Part shown: piece after piece, positions 1-9,903 of the stretch | Layout of the letters: each line of letters starts with the position of its first letter | How positions within the stretch are numbered: the stretch's first letter is position 1 | DNA from: an uncultured Spirochaetales bacterium | GTDB taxonomy: Bacteria; Desulfobacterota_D; UBA1144 | Length of the DNA: 64,000 nucleotides | Direction of reading: 5' to 3' | Assembly (NCBI GenBank): GCA_964440275.1 | Contig: CAYTRR010000011.1 | Span: 83,930-147,929, forward strand | Made by a program: the position numbers and the translations under genes | The notes under the pieces: generated by a model | What the model was told of the DNA's origin: nothing | What the model saw: the letters and a program-made list of their open reading frames with translations, nothing else | Database searches by the model: none

Positions 1-103
1 AAACTAAACACAACAGGGCTTTAACTGATTATAATGTTTCAGTTACAGCGTTAGACTACTCTCTAGGTACTCTAATTAAAGAAAAAAAAATAATTTTATT
101 TGA

Positions 104-1672
104 TTAGTGTTTAAAGTGACGAACGCCAACAAATATCATGGCAATATTTCTCTCATTTGCTGCAGCTACAACTTCATCGTCTCTTATTGACCCACCAGGT
201 TGGACTATTGCAGTTATCCCTGCTTTTGCTGCCTCATCTATACCATCTCTAAAAGGGAAAAAAGCATCTGAGGCCATTACAGAATCAGTAGTTCCATAGT
301 GATCTTTAGCCTTTATAGTCGCTAATTGAACAGAATTTACTCTATTCATTTGCCCAGCACCTATCCCAACTGTCTTATTATCTCTAGCAAAAACTATTGA
401 GTTAGATTTAACATTTTTACAAACTTTCCATGCCAACAATAATGTTTTTAATTCTTCATCAGAAGGAGCTCTCTCAGTTGCAACCTTGTAATCTGTAAAG
501 TCTTCATCCGATGTAACGTCAGCATCTTGGTATAAAACTCCACCAACAACTTTCTTTATATCCATAAGTTTTTCATTTCCTCTTACAATAGCTGGACTTT
601 TAAGGACTCTAAGATTCTTCTTTGATCTTAAAATTTCAAGAGCATCATTTGAGTAATCTGGAGCAATTAAAACCTCAATGAAAGTATTAGTTATCTCTTT
701 AGCAACATCTTCTTCAACAACATTATTAAAAGCAACAATTCCGCCAAATGCGCTTACAGGATCACAGTCTCTTGCGTCAATATAAGCTTGCAATGTGTTT
801 TCATGTTCTGCCACCCCACAAGGATTATTGTGCTTAACAATTACACATGCATTAGAATCGAATTCTTTAACAGTTTCAAAACAAGAATCCGCATCATAAA
901 TATTGTTTAAGGATAACTCTTTACCTTGCAATTGAATTGAATTTGCAATACATGCTTCTGTAATATTGTCTTGAACAAAAAAAGATCCATCTTGATGAGG
1001 GTTTTCACCGTATCGTAAATCATATGACTTTTTATAATGAAGAGTTAAAGTGTCCGGCATTTTCTTTTTTGAATTATCTAGATTCAATTTGCCTAGATGA
1101 TTAGAGATAGCAGCATCATATTTAGTAACATAGGCTAAAGCTTTTTTAGCAAATTCGTAATTCGATTCTTTTTCAATCTCTAAAGTATTTTTAGATATTT
1201 TTTTCATTAATGAGTCATAGTCAGAAGGATCAACAATTACAGTAACATCTTGAAAATTTTTAGAAGCAGCTCTAACAATAGTTGGGCCACCGATATCAAT
1301 ATTCTCTATAACTTCCTGAAAAGCGACATTTTCCTTTTCTATAGTTTTTTCAAAAGGATAGAAATTAACAATTACTAAATCAATTGGTTTGACCGATTCA
1401 CTTTCTAAATCAATCTTATGTTGTGGGTTATCTCTGATAGCGAGAATTCCAGCATGTATTTTTGGATGTAGAGTCTTCACTCTACCATCAAGCATTTCAG
1501 GAAAATCAGTTATATCAGAAACATCTTTTACCTCAATGTTCTTTTCACGAAGGAATTTTGCTGTTCCACCACTAGAAATAATTTCTATACCAATATCAGA
1601 AAGCTTTTTTGCTATATTATCAAGATTAGATTTGTCCCAAACACTTATTAACGCGGTTTTGATAATACTCAT
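104..1672 (-). CDS. purH: Bifunctional AICAR transformylase / IMP cyclohydrolase
   Basis: 522 aa. MGS-like N-terminus with GGTAKFL, and the DGRVKTLHPKIHAGIL motif typical of PurH. Full-length architecture. Confidence 0.93.
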   Translation of the reverse strand: MSIIKTALISVWDKSNLDNIAKKLSDIGIEIISSGGTAKFLREKNIEVKDVSDITDFPEMLDGRVKTLHPKIHAGILAIRDNPQHKIDLESESVKPIDLVIVNFYPFEKTIEKENVAFQEVIENIDIGGPTIVRAASKNFQDVTVIVDPSDYDSLMKKISKNTLEIEKESNYEFAKKALAYVTKYDAAISNHLGKLNLDNSKKKMPDTLTLHYKKSYDLRYGENPHQDGSFFVQDNITEACIANSIQLQGKELSLNNIYDADSCFETVKEFDSNACVIVKHNNPCGVAEHENTLQAYIDARDCDPVSAFGGIVAFNNVVEEDVAKEITNTFIEVLIAPDYSNDALEILRSKKNLRVLKSPAIVRGNEKLMDIKKVVGGVLYQDADVTSDEDFTDYKVATERAPSDEELKTLLLAWKVCKNVKSNSIVFARDNKTVGIGAGQMNRVNSVQLATIKAKDHYGTTDSVMASDAFFPFRDGIDEAAKAGITAIVQPGGSIRDDEVVAAANERNIAMIFVGVRHFKH

Positions 1673-1758
1673 AGGATTAGTATATTTTAATAGAAATTAT
1701 GAATATTTAAAGACCAAGAGAAATGTTCTTTGTTATAATTAAGCTATTGAGGTATAGA

Positions 1759-2637
1759 ATGAAAGATATTTTTTCAAAACTATCAACTGAGAAAACTAAT
1801 AAGGGACTAAAAACAGATAATAAAACATTTGTTCAACTGGTTGACTCTTTTGTTAAAGAAGAAAGAAAGATTAACAAAATCCTAAAGTTAAATTCTAAAA
1901 AAATAGCTAAAGCATCTCAGCTCTTCTTCGATGTATTTTCGAGAGGTGGAAGAATATTCTTTGTTGGCGCTGGTACAAGTGGAAGACTTGGAATTTTGGA
2001 AGCGGCAGAATGTCCCCCAACTTTTGGAACATCCCCAAAACAAATTCAAGCAATTATAGCAGGCGGTAACAAAGCTATCTTTAATGCCATAGAGGGAGCA
2101 GAAGATTCTAAAATCGCCTCTAGAAAAACTTTAATAAATAAAAAATTTTCGTCTAATGACCTCTTGGTTGGAATTTCTGCAAGTGGAAAAACTAGTTATG
2201 TAATTTCAGCAATCAACTACGCAAAGAAGCTTAAGTCTAAAACGATTTTTATTACATGCAACAAGCAAAAAACCAAGCTTTCAGATATTGACATTGTTCT
2301 CGAGGTAGGACCAGAATTTATTTCTGGATCGACAAGACTCAAGTCTGGCACTATAACCAAAAATGTCTTAAATATTATTACAACTACAGCGATGATTAAA
2401 GCCGAAAGAATATTTAAAAATATGATGATTGATATTAAGCCGATTACTGAAAAACTTCGCGCACGAGCAATAAGGAATTTGTCATTCATACTTAAAATAG
2501 ATGAAGACAAATCCATTAAATTACTACGAAGTAGCAAATGGAGTATAAGAATCGCAATTGTTATGTATAAAAAAGAACTAAATTATAAGGAGGCTGAAAT
2601 TCTTTCTAAAACTATATCTATTAAAGACCTTTTTTAA
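1759..2637 (+). CDS. murQ: N-acetylmuramic acid 6-phosphate etherase (SIS domain)
   Basis: GAGTSGRLG SIS phosphosugar-binding motif, length about 290 aa. The ORF track starts at 1723, but the ATG at 1759 (MKDIF...) is preceded by a GAGG Shine-Dalgarno sequence and is the likelier start. Confidence 0.85.
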   Translation: MKDIFSKLSTEKTNKGLKTDNKTFVQLVDSFVKEERKINKILKLNSKKIAKASQLFFDVFSRGGRIFFVGAGTSGRLGILEAAECPPTFGTSPKQIQAIIAGGNKAIFNAIEGAEDSKIASRKTLINKKFSSNDLLVGISASGKTSYVISAINYAKKLKSKTIFITCNKQKTKLSDIDIVLEVGPEFISGSTRLKSGTITKNVLNIITTTAMIKAERIFKNMMIDIKPITEKLRARAIRNLSFILKIDEDKSIKLLRSSKWSIRIAIVMYKKELNYKEAEILSKTISIKDLF

Positions 2638-2665
2638 ATGATAATAGTATTGTAATAATTAGATT

Positions 2666-3781
2666 ATGAGAATAATTGGAATTAATTCTGGAACCTCAGC
2701 TGATGCCTTAGACATTTGTCTAGTAGATTTTAAAAAAAAGTCTATCAAGCTTTTGCATACCAGCACGTTTAAATATCCTACAGTTTTGAGACAAGAAATT
2801 CTTAACTCAGGACCAAATTCTAGAATATATGATATTGAAAGTCTAAGCTTAAAATTAGGAAATTTTGTGTCTAAAAAAGTCAATTCTTTTCTAAAAAAGA
2901 ATAAAATTGAAAGCAAGCGTATAGATGCAATTGGCCTACATGGTCAAACGATTCATCACTCGCAGGATCTAAATAGAACTGTATCTGTTCAAATAACGGA
3001 AGCCGATTTAGTTGCACAGTCGACAGGGATAACAACCATTTTTGATTTTAGAAAAAAAGATATAGTTGCGGGTGGAACAGGTGCTCCTCTTATCCCTATA
3101 TTAGATTATTATCTTTTCCCAAAAATTAAAAAACCATTTATATGTCAAAATTTGGGAGGCATTGCTAATGCAACATTAGTTGAACGTAACTTGTCTCAAT
3201 GCATAGGCTATGACTCTGGACCAGCAAATTCATTGATAGACAAAGTGGTTCAATTAAAAACAAAAGGTAAAGTTTTCTTTGATCAAAGCGGTTTAATGGC
3301 AAGTAGGGGGAAAGTTGATTCTCACTTGCTCAAGAAGATACTTTCTAACCCTTATTTTAAGATACTTCCACCCAAATCAACAGGTAACAGGGAGTTCGGG
3401 ATAGAATATGCAAATGATTTATATAATTACTCATTAAAGAAAAAAATCCCTTTTAATAACTTATTAGCAACTTTATCTATGGTTACAGTAGAATCTATTG
3501 CTAGATCATACGAAAATTTTATTTTCCCCTTTTCCAAACCTAATTTGGTCATTTTATCAGGTGGTGGAGTAAGAAATAAATTTATTATATCTAATCTTAA
3601 AGACAGATTGCCAAGATTAGAGTTTGCTATTTCTGACAACTTGGATGTTCCTGCAAAATATAAAGAATCTATTTTGTTCGCACTTCTTGGTTATTTAAGA
3701 TTAACGAACACAAGATTAAATCTCAGAAATCTGACTGGATCAAAAGAGAAATTACTTTTGGGCAAGATAGCACACCCGTAG
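2666..3781 (+). CDS. anmK: Anhydro-N-acetylmuramic acid kinase
   Basis: N-terminal GINSGTSADALD (AnmK/ASKHA GxxSGTSxDGxD-like motif), 371 aa, immediately downstream of murQ. Confidence 0.85.
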   Translation: MRIIGINSGTSADALDICLVDFKKKSIKLLHTSTFKYPTVLRQEILNSGPNSRIYDIESLSLKLGNFVSKKVNSFLKKNKIESKRIDAIGLHGQTIHHSQDLNRTVSVQITEADLVAQSTGITTIFDFRKKDIVAGGTGAPLIPILDYYLFPKIKKPFICQNLGGIANATLVERNLSQCIGYDSGPANSLIDKVVQLKTKGKVFFDQSGLMASRGKVDSHLLKKILSNPYFKILPPKSTGNREFGIEYANDLYNYSLKKKIPFNNLLATLSMVTVESIARSYENFIFPFSKPNLVILSGGGVRNKFIISNLKDRLPRLEFAISDNLDVPAKYKESILFALLGYLRLTNTRLNLRNLTGSKEKLLLGKIAHP

Positions 3782-3785
3782 AATC

Positions 3786-4727
3786 ATGAATAATTTATCT
3801 AATCTAATAATCCCAAGAATAAACGTTAACTCTGACTCTTCTATTGATGAGGCCATAGAATTAATTAAAGAATTTAATTTTGATGCATTTATTCTTTTTG
3901 CAACAGAAAAAGTAGTTTTTAAGGAAGATGCAAAATTTTCATTAGAAAGATTTAATTTTATGAAAGAGAAACTTCAAAACAATTCTAAAAACAAGATTCT
4001 TTTTTTTGTAGATGCAGAAAATGGATTTGGCCATCGATGTAATGATTACGAAGAGAACGATAGAATGAAATTCACGGATATCAATAAAGAGTTATACAAT
4101 AATGGGATATCCTTTAATCTGGCTCCAGTAGTAGATATCAATGAATTTGATGAAGAAATATTGAATGAACGATGCTATTCGTCTGATCCATCTGAAGTTG
4201 TAAGTATAGCTTCTCTTTTTATTGAAGCGGCATATTTAAATAATGTTATACCCTGCATTAAACATTTCCCTGGGCATGGAGCAGCAAAAGGTGATACACA
4301 TGTTGATATTGTCACCTCGGAACTAGATATAAAAAGATTAAATTCAACTCATATCAAGCCTTTCATAGATTTGATTAATAAAGTAGAGCTTGTTATGACT
4401 AATCATGTTTATTATTCTTCAATAGATAAAGAAATGATTCCTGCATCGATGTCTAGAAATGTAATGGGAATCTTAAGAAATGCTGACTATAAAGGTTTGG
4501 TTCTCTCAGACTCTATAAGGATGGGGGCACTTACTAAACATTTTTCACAGGAGGATATTATAGAGAGATTTTTTTTAAATGGCGGAGACCTGATTTTAGA
4601 CCCATTAAGACCAAAGGAAGCAGTAAAAATAGTAAATACATTGTATAAAGATATAAATAATATAGAAAACAAATTAAGTAATATTAATAATTTAAAATTA
4701 AAAGCTCGAAAGAATTTAATTAAATGA
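3786..4727 (+). CDS. nagZ: Beta-N-acetylhexosaminidase (GH3)
   Basis: KHFPGHGAAKGDTHVD matches the NagZ/GH3 catalytic region. 313 aa. 4-nt gap after anmK. Confidence 0.8.
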   Translation: MNNLSNLIIPRINVNSDSSIDEAIELIKEFNFDAFILFATEKVVFKEDAKFSLERFNFMKEKLQNNSKNKILFFVDAENGFGHRCNDYEENDRMKFTDINKELYNNGISFNLAPVVDINEFDEEILNERCYSSDPSEVVSIASLFIEAAYLNNVIPCIKHFPGHGAAKGDTHVDIVTSELDIKRLNSTHIKPFIDLINKVELVMTNHVYYSSIDKEMIPASMSRNVMGILRNADYKGLVLSDSIRMGALTKHFSQEDIIERFFLNGGDLILDPLRPKEAVKIVNTLYKDINNIENKLSNINNLKLKARKNLIK

Positions 4728-6454
4728 TTTACCTAGATTTTCTAAAGATTCTATCAACTTTTGATTTGCTGATTATAGCTAGCTATTTAATACTTAGTTC
4801 ATTAATCGGTCTTTACCTTAAAAAACAAGCTTCAAAGAACCTAAGCTCATATTTTGTATCTGATAAAAATTTACCATGGTGGCTTGTGGGAACCTCTATG
4901 GTTGCAACAACCCTTTCTATTGATACACCAATTGTTGTTATTTCTTGGATAAGAGATCCAGGTATTTGGCAAAATTGGTTTTGGTGGTCTTTCCTATTCA
5001 CGCATTGTCTAGTAATTTTTTTCTTTTCTAGATATTGGAGGAGAGCAGAAGTTATTACAGACAATCAGCTCATAGAGCTTAGATATGCTGGACCTCCAGC
5101 AAAATACTTAAGGATATTCAAAGCTTTTTACTTTTCAACATTTTTCAATCTCATTATTACAGGATGGATTATTAGCGCATTCTTGAAAATATTTAATACT
5201 ATATTAGGTTTTGATAGCACTTTGTTGCTCATATTAGTTACATTTGTAGCTCTCTTTTATACAACTTCTTCTGGATTAAAAGGGGTAGTTGTTAATGATT
5301 TCATCCAATATTTCATTGCATTTGCAGGGTCTATAATTTTGGCCGTTTGTTTGATTAACTCAGCAGAAATCGGTGGCATTAATAATTATTTTGAATTAGT
5401 GAAAAATATACCCAAAGAAAAACTTACTATGATCCCTTCGTTATTTAATACTGATGATTTTATGACTTTTTTGATTTATGGAACAATTGTTTGGTGGTCT
5501 TCTCATAACTCAGATGGAGGGGGATATATAATTCAGAGATTATGTTCCGCAAAATCAGAGAAAGATGGTGCTATTGGGTCTATATGGTTTGTTCTAAACC
5601 ATTATGTTTTAAGGTTTGCTCCCTGGCTTGTAATAGGAGTTTGCACTTTAATTATTTTTCCATTACCAATCTCTGCTAATTTTGATAACGAAACTATCTA
5701 TCCAGTTTTAATTAGAGACTATGTGGGTAGCGGATTAAGGGGCTTTTTAATAGTAACACTGTTAGCTGCGTATATGTCGACTATTAGTACGCAAGTGAAT
5801 TGGGGATCATCGTATTTAATAAATGATTTATACAAAAGATTTTATAAGAAAAATGAATCAGAGTCACACTATGTACAAATGTCTAAAATCTTTACAATTT
5901 TATTTCTTTTGATAGCCCTAATCGTTGGCTTATTTATTGATAACATTGGTAAAGCATGGATATTTCTATGGAGCGTTAGTTCTGGGCTTGGTTTCTTTTT
6001 AATTGCTAGGTGGTTTTGGTGGAGAATTAATTCTTGGTCAGAGATTTCGGCTCTTATTTCTTCAGTATGTTTTAGCATACTTTTTTATTTGCTAGACTTT
6101 TTTGATGTTATTGCTGTAAGTTTTTTTAGCAAAATTCTTATAATTCCTTTTTCTATACTTATTGGACTACTTGTAACTTTTGCGACTAAGCCAGAGAGCC
6201 CCGAAACCTTAAAAAAGTTTTACAATAAAATTCATCCAGCAGGTTTCTGGAATATAAATATTACAAAAGAAAAATCAGAAAAAGAAAGTATTATTTACCC
6301 TTTAACTCAAGCGGCTGTTCTTGCGTTAGCTGTGTTGCTAATGATATATGGTTTAATAAAATTTATTACTGGAGAACCAGTTCTATCTTTAATTACAATT
6401 GGTATTGGTTTGACAACATTAATTCTTTTGACTAGAAAAATTTACTTATCTTGA
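4724..6454 (+). CDS. Sodium:solute symporter family transporter (MurT-like candidate MurNAc/amino-sugar importer)
   Basis: 576 aa polytopic membrane protein. N-terminal YFVSDKNLPWWLVGTSMVATTLS matches the SSS-family signature region. Start overlaps the nagZ stop by 4 nt. Confidence 0.7.
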   Translation: MIYLDFLKILSTFDLLIIASYLILSSLIGLYLKKQASKNLSSYFVSDKNLPWWLVGTSMVATTLSIDTPIVVISWIRDPGIWQNWFWWSFLFTHCLVIFFFSRYWRRAEVITDNQLIELRYAGPPAKYLRIFKAFYFSTFFNLIITGWIISAFLKIFNTILGFDSTLLLILVTFVALFYTTSSGLKGVVVNDFIQYFIAFAGSIILAVCLINSAEIGGINNYFELVKNIPKEKLTMIPSLFNTDDFMTFLIYGTIVWWSSHNSDGGGYIIQRLCSAKSEKDGAIGSIWFVLNHYVLRFAPWLVIGVCTLIIFPLPISANFDNETIYPVLIRDYVGSGLRGFLIVTLLAAYMSTISTQVNWGSSYLINDLYKRFYKKNESESHYVQMSKIFTILFLLIALIVGLFIDNIGKAWIFLWSVSSGLGFFLIARWFWWRINSWSEISALISSVCFSILFYLLDFFDVIAVSFFSKILIIPFSILIGLLVTFATKPESPETLKKFYNKIHPAGFWNINITKEKSEKESIIYPLTQAAVLALAVLLMIYGLIKFITGEPVLSLITIGIGLTTLILLTRKIYLS

Positions 6455-6456
6455 GT

Positions 6457-6780
6457 TTATACAGCAAATGAAGAACCACAACCGCATTTCGCAGTAGCAT
6501 TGGGATTTTCTATCCCGAAACCAGAACCACTAAGTCCATCAGTAAAATTCAAAGCCCCTCCTTCTAGATGAGGAAAGCTAAATTTATCTATTACAACTTT
6601 TACGCTTAATTTATCAAAAACCTGATCTGACTCATCGATTTCATCGTCAAACCCCATTTCATATGAAAAACCAGAGCATCCACCAGGTACTACTCTAATT
6701 CGAAGGAATGCATTTTCCATTTCTTCATCTATAAGCAGTCTTTCTATCTCTTTTGCAGCTTTTTCAGTTACGTTAAACAT
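6457..6780 (-). CDS. erpA: Iron-sulfur cluster insertion protein (HesB/IscA/ErpA family)
   Basis: 107 aa. SGFSYEMGFDDE and C-terminal CGCGSSF motifs of A-type Fe-S carriers. Confidence 0.88.
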   Translation of the reverse strand: MFNVTEKAAKEIERLLIDEEMENAFLRIRVVPGGCSGFSYEMGFDDEIDESDQVFDKLSVKVVIDKFSFPHLEGGALNFTDGLSGSGFGIENPNATAKCGCGSSFAV

Positions 6781-6858
6781 ATATATTATCTTAAATAAAA
6801 GTCAGTCTCTTGGCAACAATTTTTTCTTTATGCATAAATCCTGTATATTAGTCAAGAA

Positions 6859-7968
6859 ATGAAAGTTTCCAAATTAATATATGATAATACGAAGAATTCA
6901 TCAGATTTATTCTACAGGACATCTTTCAAGGCGCCAGACCCTATTCTATTCATTGAGTTTAGAAACAAAAAATATCTTATTTTGAATGATTTAGAAATAG
7001 AACGGGGGAAAAGTGAAGCAAAAGTAGATAGTGTCTTACCTCTAAGTAGTATCTCCAGAAAAATAAAAAGTAATTCTATTGAACAAGTAATATTGCATCT
7101 CTTAAAAGAATTTAAAATTAAAACGATAGAAGTCCCTTACAATTTTCCTTCCTATATATATAAAAAATTAACAAAGAGCAAGATTAAAGTGATGCCTTCA
7201 AAATCACCGATCTTTTTTAACTCTAGAATTGTAAAAAATCAAACCGAGATTAAAAGCATTTCAAAAGTCATGAGGCATACAGAAAAAGTCATGAGGCTAA
7301 TAATTGAAAAAATAAAATATTCAAAATCTAAAAATAAAATCTTACGAACAGATGGAAGGATACTAACCTCAGAACTTTTACGAAATATTTGCCAAAAAGA
7401 ATTAAGCTCTTACGGTTTAGAATGTCCAGATTGTATTATTTCATCTGGGCGGCACTCGTCTTTACCACACCATCAAGGAACTGGCCCTATTAAAGAATGC
7501 CAGTCTATAATAATTGATATTTTTCCTAAAGATACTTCTTCAGGGTATTTTGGAGATATGACCAGAACAGTTGTCAAAGGAACTCCAAGTAAAAAATTAA
7601 ATGATATGTATAAAGCAGTTTTAAAAGGACAAAGATTAGGACTATCTTTAATCAAATCAGGAGTCAAAAGCAAGACCGTCCATAACTCTATTAAGAGTCT
7701 GTTCGATAACTCTGGCTTCTATACTACTTACAAAGAAGGTACACCAGAAGGCTTTATTCATTCCACAGGGCATGGTTTGGGACTAGACATACATGAACCA
7801 CCAAGAATTTCTAGTGGAGATGACATACTGAAAAAAAATTACGTAGTAACTGTCGAACCTGGTCTCTATTACAGTCATATTGGTGGAGTTAGGGTAGAAG
7901 ATACAGTTTTAGTTACCACTGATGGATGTAAAAACTTAACACGATTCCCAAAGAATCTTAATCTTTAA
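6859..7968 (+). CDS. M24 family metallopeptidase (Xaa-Pro aminopeptidase/prolidase-like)
   Basis: Creatinase-like N-domain plus C-terminal pita-bread fold motifs HSTGHGLGLDIHEPP and VEPGLY. Confidence 0.8.
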   Translation: MKVSKLIYDNTKNSSDLFYRTSFKAPDPILFIEFRNKKYLILNDLEIERGKSEAKVDSVLPLSSISRKIKSNSIEQVILHLLKEFKIKTIEVPYNFPSYIYKKLTKSKIKVMPSKSPIFFNSRIVKNQTEIKSISKVMRHTEKVMRLIIEKIKYSKSKNKILRTDGRILTSELLRNICQKELSSYGLECPDCIISSGRHSSLPHHQGTGPIKECQSIIIDIFPKDTSSGYFGDMTRTVVKGTPSKKLNDMYKAVLKGQRLGLSLIKSGVKSKTVHNSIKSLFDNSGFYTTYKEGTPEGFIHSTGHGLGLDIHEPPRISSGDDILKKNYVVTVEPGLYYSHIGGVRVEDTVLVTTDGCKNLTRFPKNLNL

Positions 7969-7971
7969 AGC

Positions 7972-8730
7972 ATGAAAGAGAAATTTTTAGAATTAGTCAA
8001 GATTACGAAGAAATTAAGAAGCGAAGATGGTTGCCCGTGGGACAAAGAACAAACTTTCGAAACATTGCGTTCTCATATTATTGAAGAGTCATATGAAACC
8101 ATATCAGCAATAGATATGAAAGATTATGATAACTTAAATGAAGAACTAGGAGACCTTCTTCTACAAATTTTGCTGGTTTCCAATATAGCAGAAGAAAAAA
8201 AACTATTTACAATTGAAGACGTAATAGGAGAACTTTCAAAAAAATTAGTGCGTAGACACCCACATGTTTTTGGAAATAAAAGTGCAAAAGATGCAAACGA
8301 AGCTAAAGAAATATGGAATAGGGAAAAAATGAAGGAACCAAATAAAGACAAAGTTATACCATCAAAATCATTCCCATCATTAATTAGAGCGGTAGACATA
8401 TCAAAACATTATTCTAAATTGACCAATCTAGATTGGCCTTCCAGCACCCCTCTTTTGGAAGTTCTATATGAAGAGATAAATGAACTAAAAGTTGGACTAG
8501 AAAATGAAGATAAATCAGAAATCGAAGAGGAACTAGGAGATATACTTTTTACTGTTGCTAATCTTTGCAGAAAAGAAGGGCTAAGCCCGGAGATTGCTCT
8601 TAATCAAAGCTCTGATAAATTTACAAGAAGGGCAAATTTATTTGTAGAACTTAAAAGTAAATTTGAACATTTATCTGATGAAGAATTGTGGAGTAAAGCT
8701 AAGTTAATCAGTAAGAAAACTAGCAAGTAA
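7972..8730 (+). CDS. mazG: Nucleoside triphosphate pyrophosphohydrolase MazG
   Basis: EDGCPWDKEQTFETLRSHIIEESYE N-terminal MazG motif. Tandem MazG domains with EEELGD repeats. Confidence 0.88.
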   Translation: MKEKFLELVKITKKLRSEDGCPWDKEQTFETLRSHIIEESYETISAIDMKDYDNLNEELGDLLLQILLVSNIAEEKKLFTIEDVIGELSKKLVRRHPHVFGNKSAKDANEAKEIWNREKMKEPNKDKVIPSKSFPSLIRAVDISKHYSKLTNLDWPSSTPLLEVLYEEINELKVGLENEDKSEIEEELGDILFTVANLCRKEGLSPEIALNQSSDKFTRRANLFVELKSKFEHLSDEELWSKAKLISKKTSK

Positions 8731-9903
8731 AGTGTGCCCATTTTCTATTCTCAAATCTGACTTATTGGCAATCTTTTCACTGAACTGTTTCTCGTTATGA
8801 TTGTTAATAGACTTCCTTGAATCGTATATCATAAAAGGAACATATTCGTAGCTATGTGTCTTTAATTCTATAGGTGTTGGATGATCTGAAACAATACAAA
8901 TTTTAAATTCTTTGCAATTGCTTTTAAGTCCTTCAATTAGAGGCTTAATGACTTTTTCATCTAAATCTTCAATAGCTCTAATCTTCTTTTTAACATCACC
9001 TTCATGCCCAGTTTCATCTGGTGCTTCTATATGAATCATACTAAAATCATGTTTATTTAAGCTATGAAGCACGGCATCTACTTTCCCTTTATAGTTAGTA
9101 TCCAAATAACCAGTTGCACCAGGGACATCAATTACATCTAAATCCGCACATTTTCCAATTCCTTTTACTAAATCAACGGCAGAGATTACAGACCCAGTCA
9201 TTTTATTTATTGATTGAAAACTTGGCAAGATGGTTTTTTTGCCTTGTCCCCATAACCAAATATTGTTGCAGGACAAATTCTTATACTTTTCGTTTCTATC
9301 CTTAAACTCCATTATCTTTTTTCTTGCTTTTTCCATAATAAAAATCAATTTTTCTGACCCTGGTCCTGTGGGAGTAAAATCTTTTATATTTTGACCGGTT
9401 ATATCATGCGGTGGAATAGTTGTTGGCTCTATGCTTCCTTGTTTCCATACAAGTATATGCCGGTAGCTAACACCAGCAAAAAGTTTAAAAGAATTATCAT
9501 CAATTGCGTCCTTAAGAAAGCTTACAAGTTCTTTGGCAATAGAGTTTTCTATATGACCAGCAGAATAATCACTCATTATATGGTTATTATTTGTTGATGA
9601 AATTTGTACCAAATTACAACGATATGCAACATCTGTATCTTCTAACTTTAACCCAAGGCTAGAGGCTTCTAGTGGGGATCTTCCTGTAAAAAAATCTCTA
9701 GGATTGTATCCAAGAACACTTAAATTCCCTACATCACTACCAGATTTAAGTCCTTCTGGTATGTGATTGACAGTGCCAATGACAGAATCTTTTGCTAACT
9801 GATCCATAAAAAATGTTTGAGCAAATTCTAGTGGAGTTTGATTGTCAAGTTGCTCAATAGGTCTGTCTGGCATTCCATCTGCTTGAACTAAAACATACTT
9901 CAA
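8704..9903 (-). CDS. apgM: Cofactor-independent phosphoglycerate mutase, archaeal-type (ApgM family; sometimes annotated proposed homoserine kinase)
   Basis: 399 aa. N-terminal VLVQADGMPDRP metalloenzyme region and overall ApgM-like organisation. Converges on mazG with a 27-nt overlap. Confidence 0.75.
   Translation of the reverse strand: MKYVLVQADGMPDRPIEQLDNQTPLEFAQTFFMDQLAKDSVIGTVNHIPEGLKSGSDVGNLSVLGYNPRDFFTGRSPLEASSLGLKLEDTDVAYRCNLVQISSTNNNHIMSDYSAGHIENSIAKELVSFLKDAIDDNSFKLFAGVSYRHILVWKQGSIEPTTIPPHDITGQNIKDFTPTGPGSEKLIFIMEKARKKIMEFKDRNEKYKNLSCNNIWLWGQGKKTILPSFQSINKMTGSVISAVDLVKGIGKCADLDVIDVPGATGYLDTNYKGKVDAVLHSLNKHDFSMIHIEAPDETGHEGDVKKKIRAIEDLDEKVIKPLIEGLKSNCKEFKICIVSDHPTPIELKTHSYEYVPFMIYDSRKSINNHNEKQFSEKIANKSDLRIENGHTLLASFLTD

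Noticed and set aside
1389-1742. Antisense or overlapping ORFs of 60-120 aa inside well-supported genes (for example 1389-1742, 2217-2537, 8124-8399, 13712-14002, 58422-58736)
   Set aside because: They lie opposite conserved enzyme genes, have low-complexity Ile/Leu/Ser/Phe-rich translations with no motifs, and are what an AT-rich frame produces by chance.
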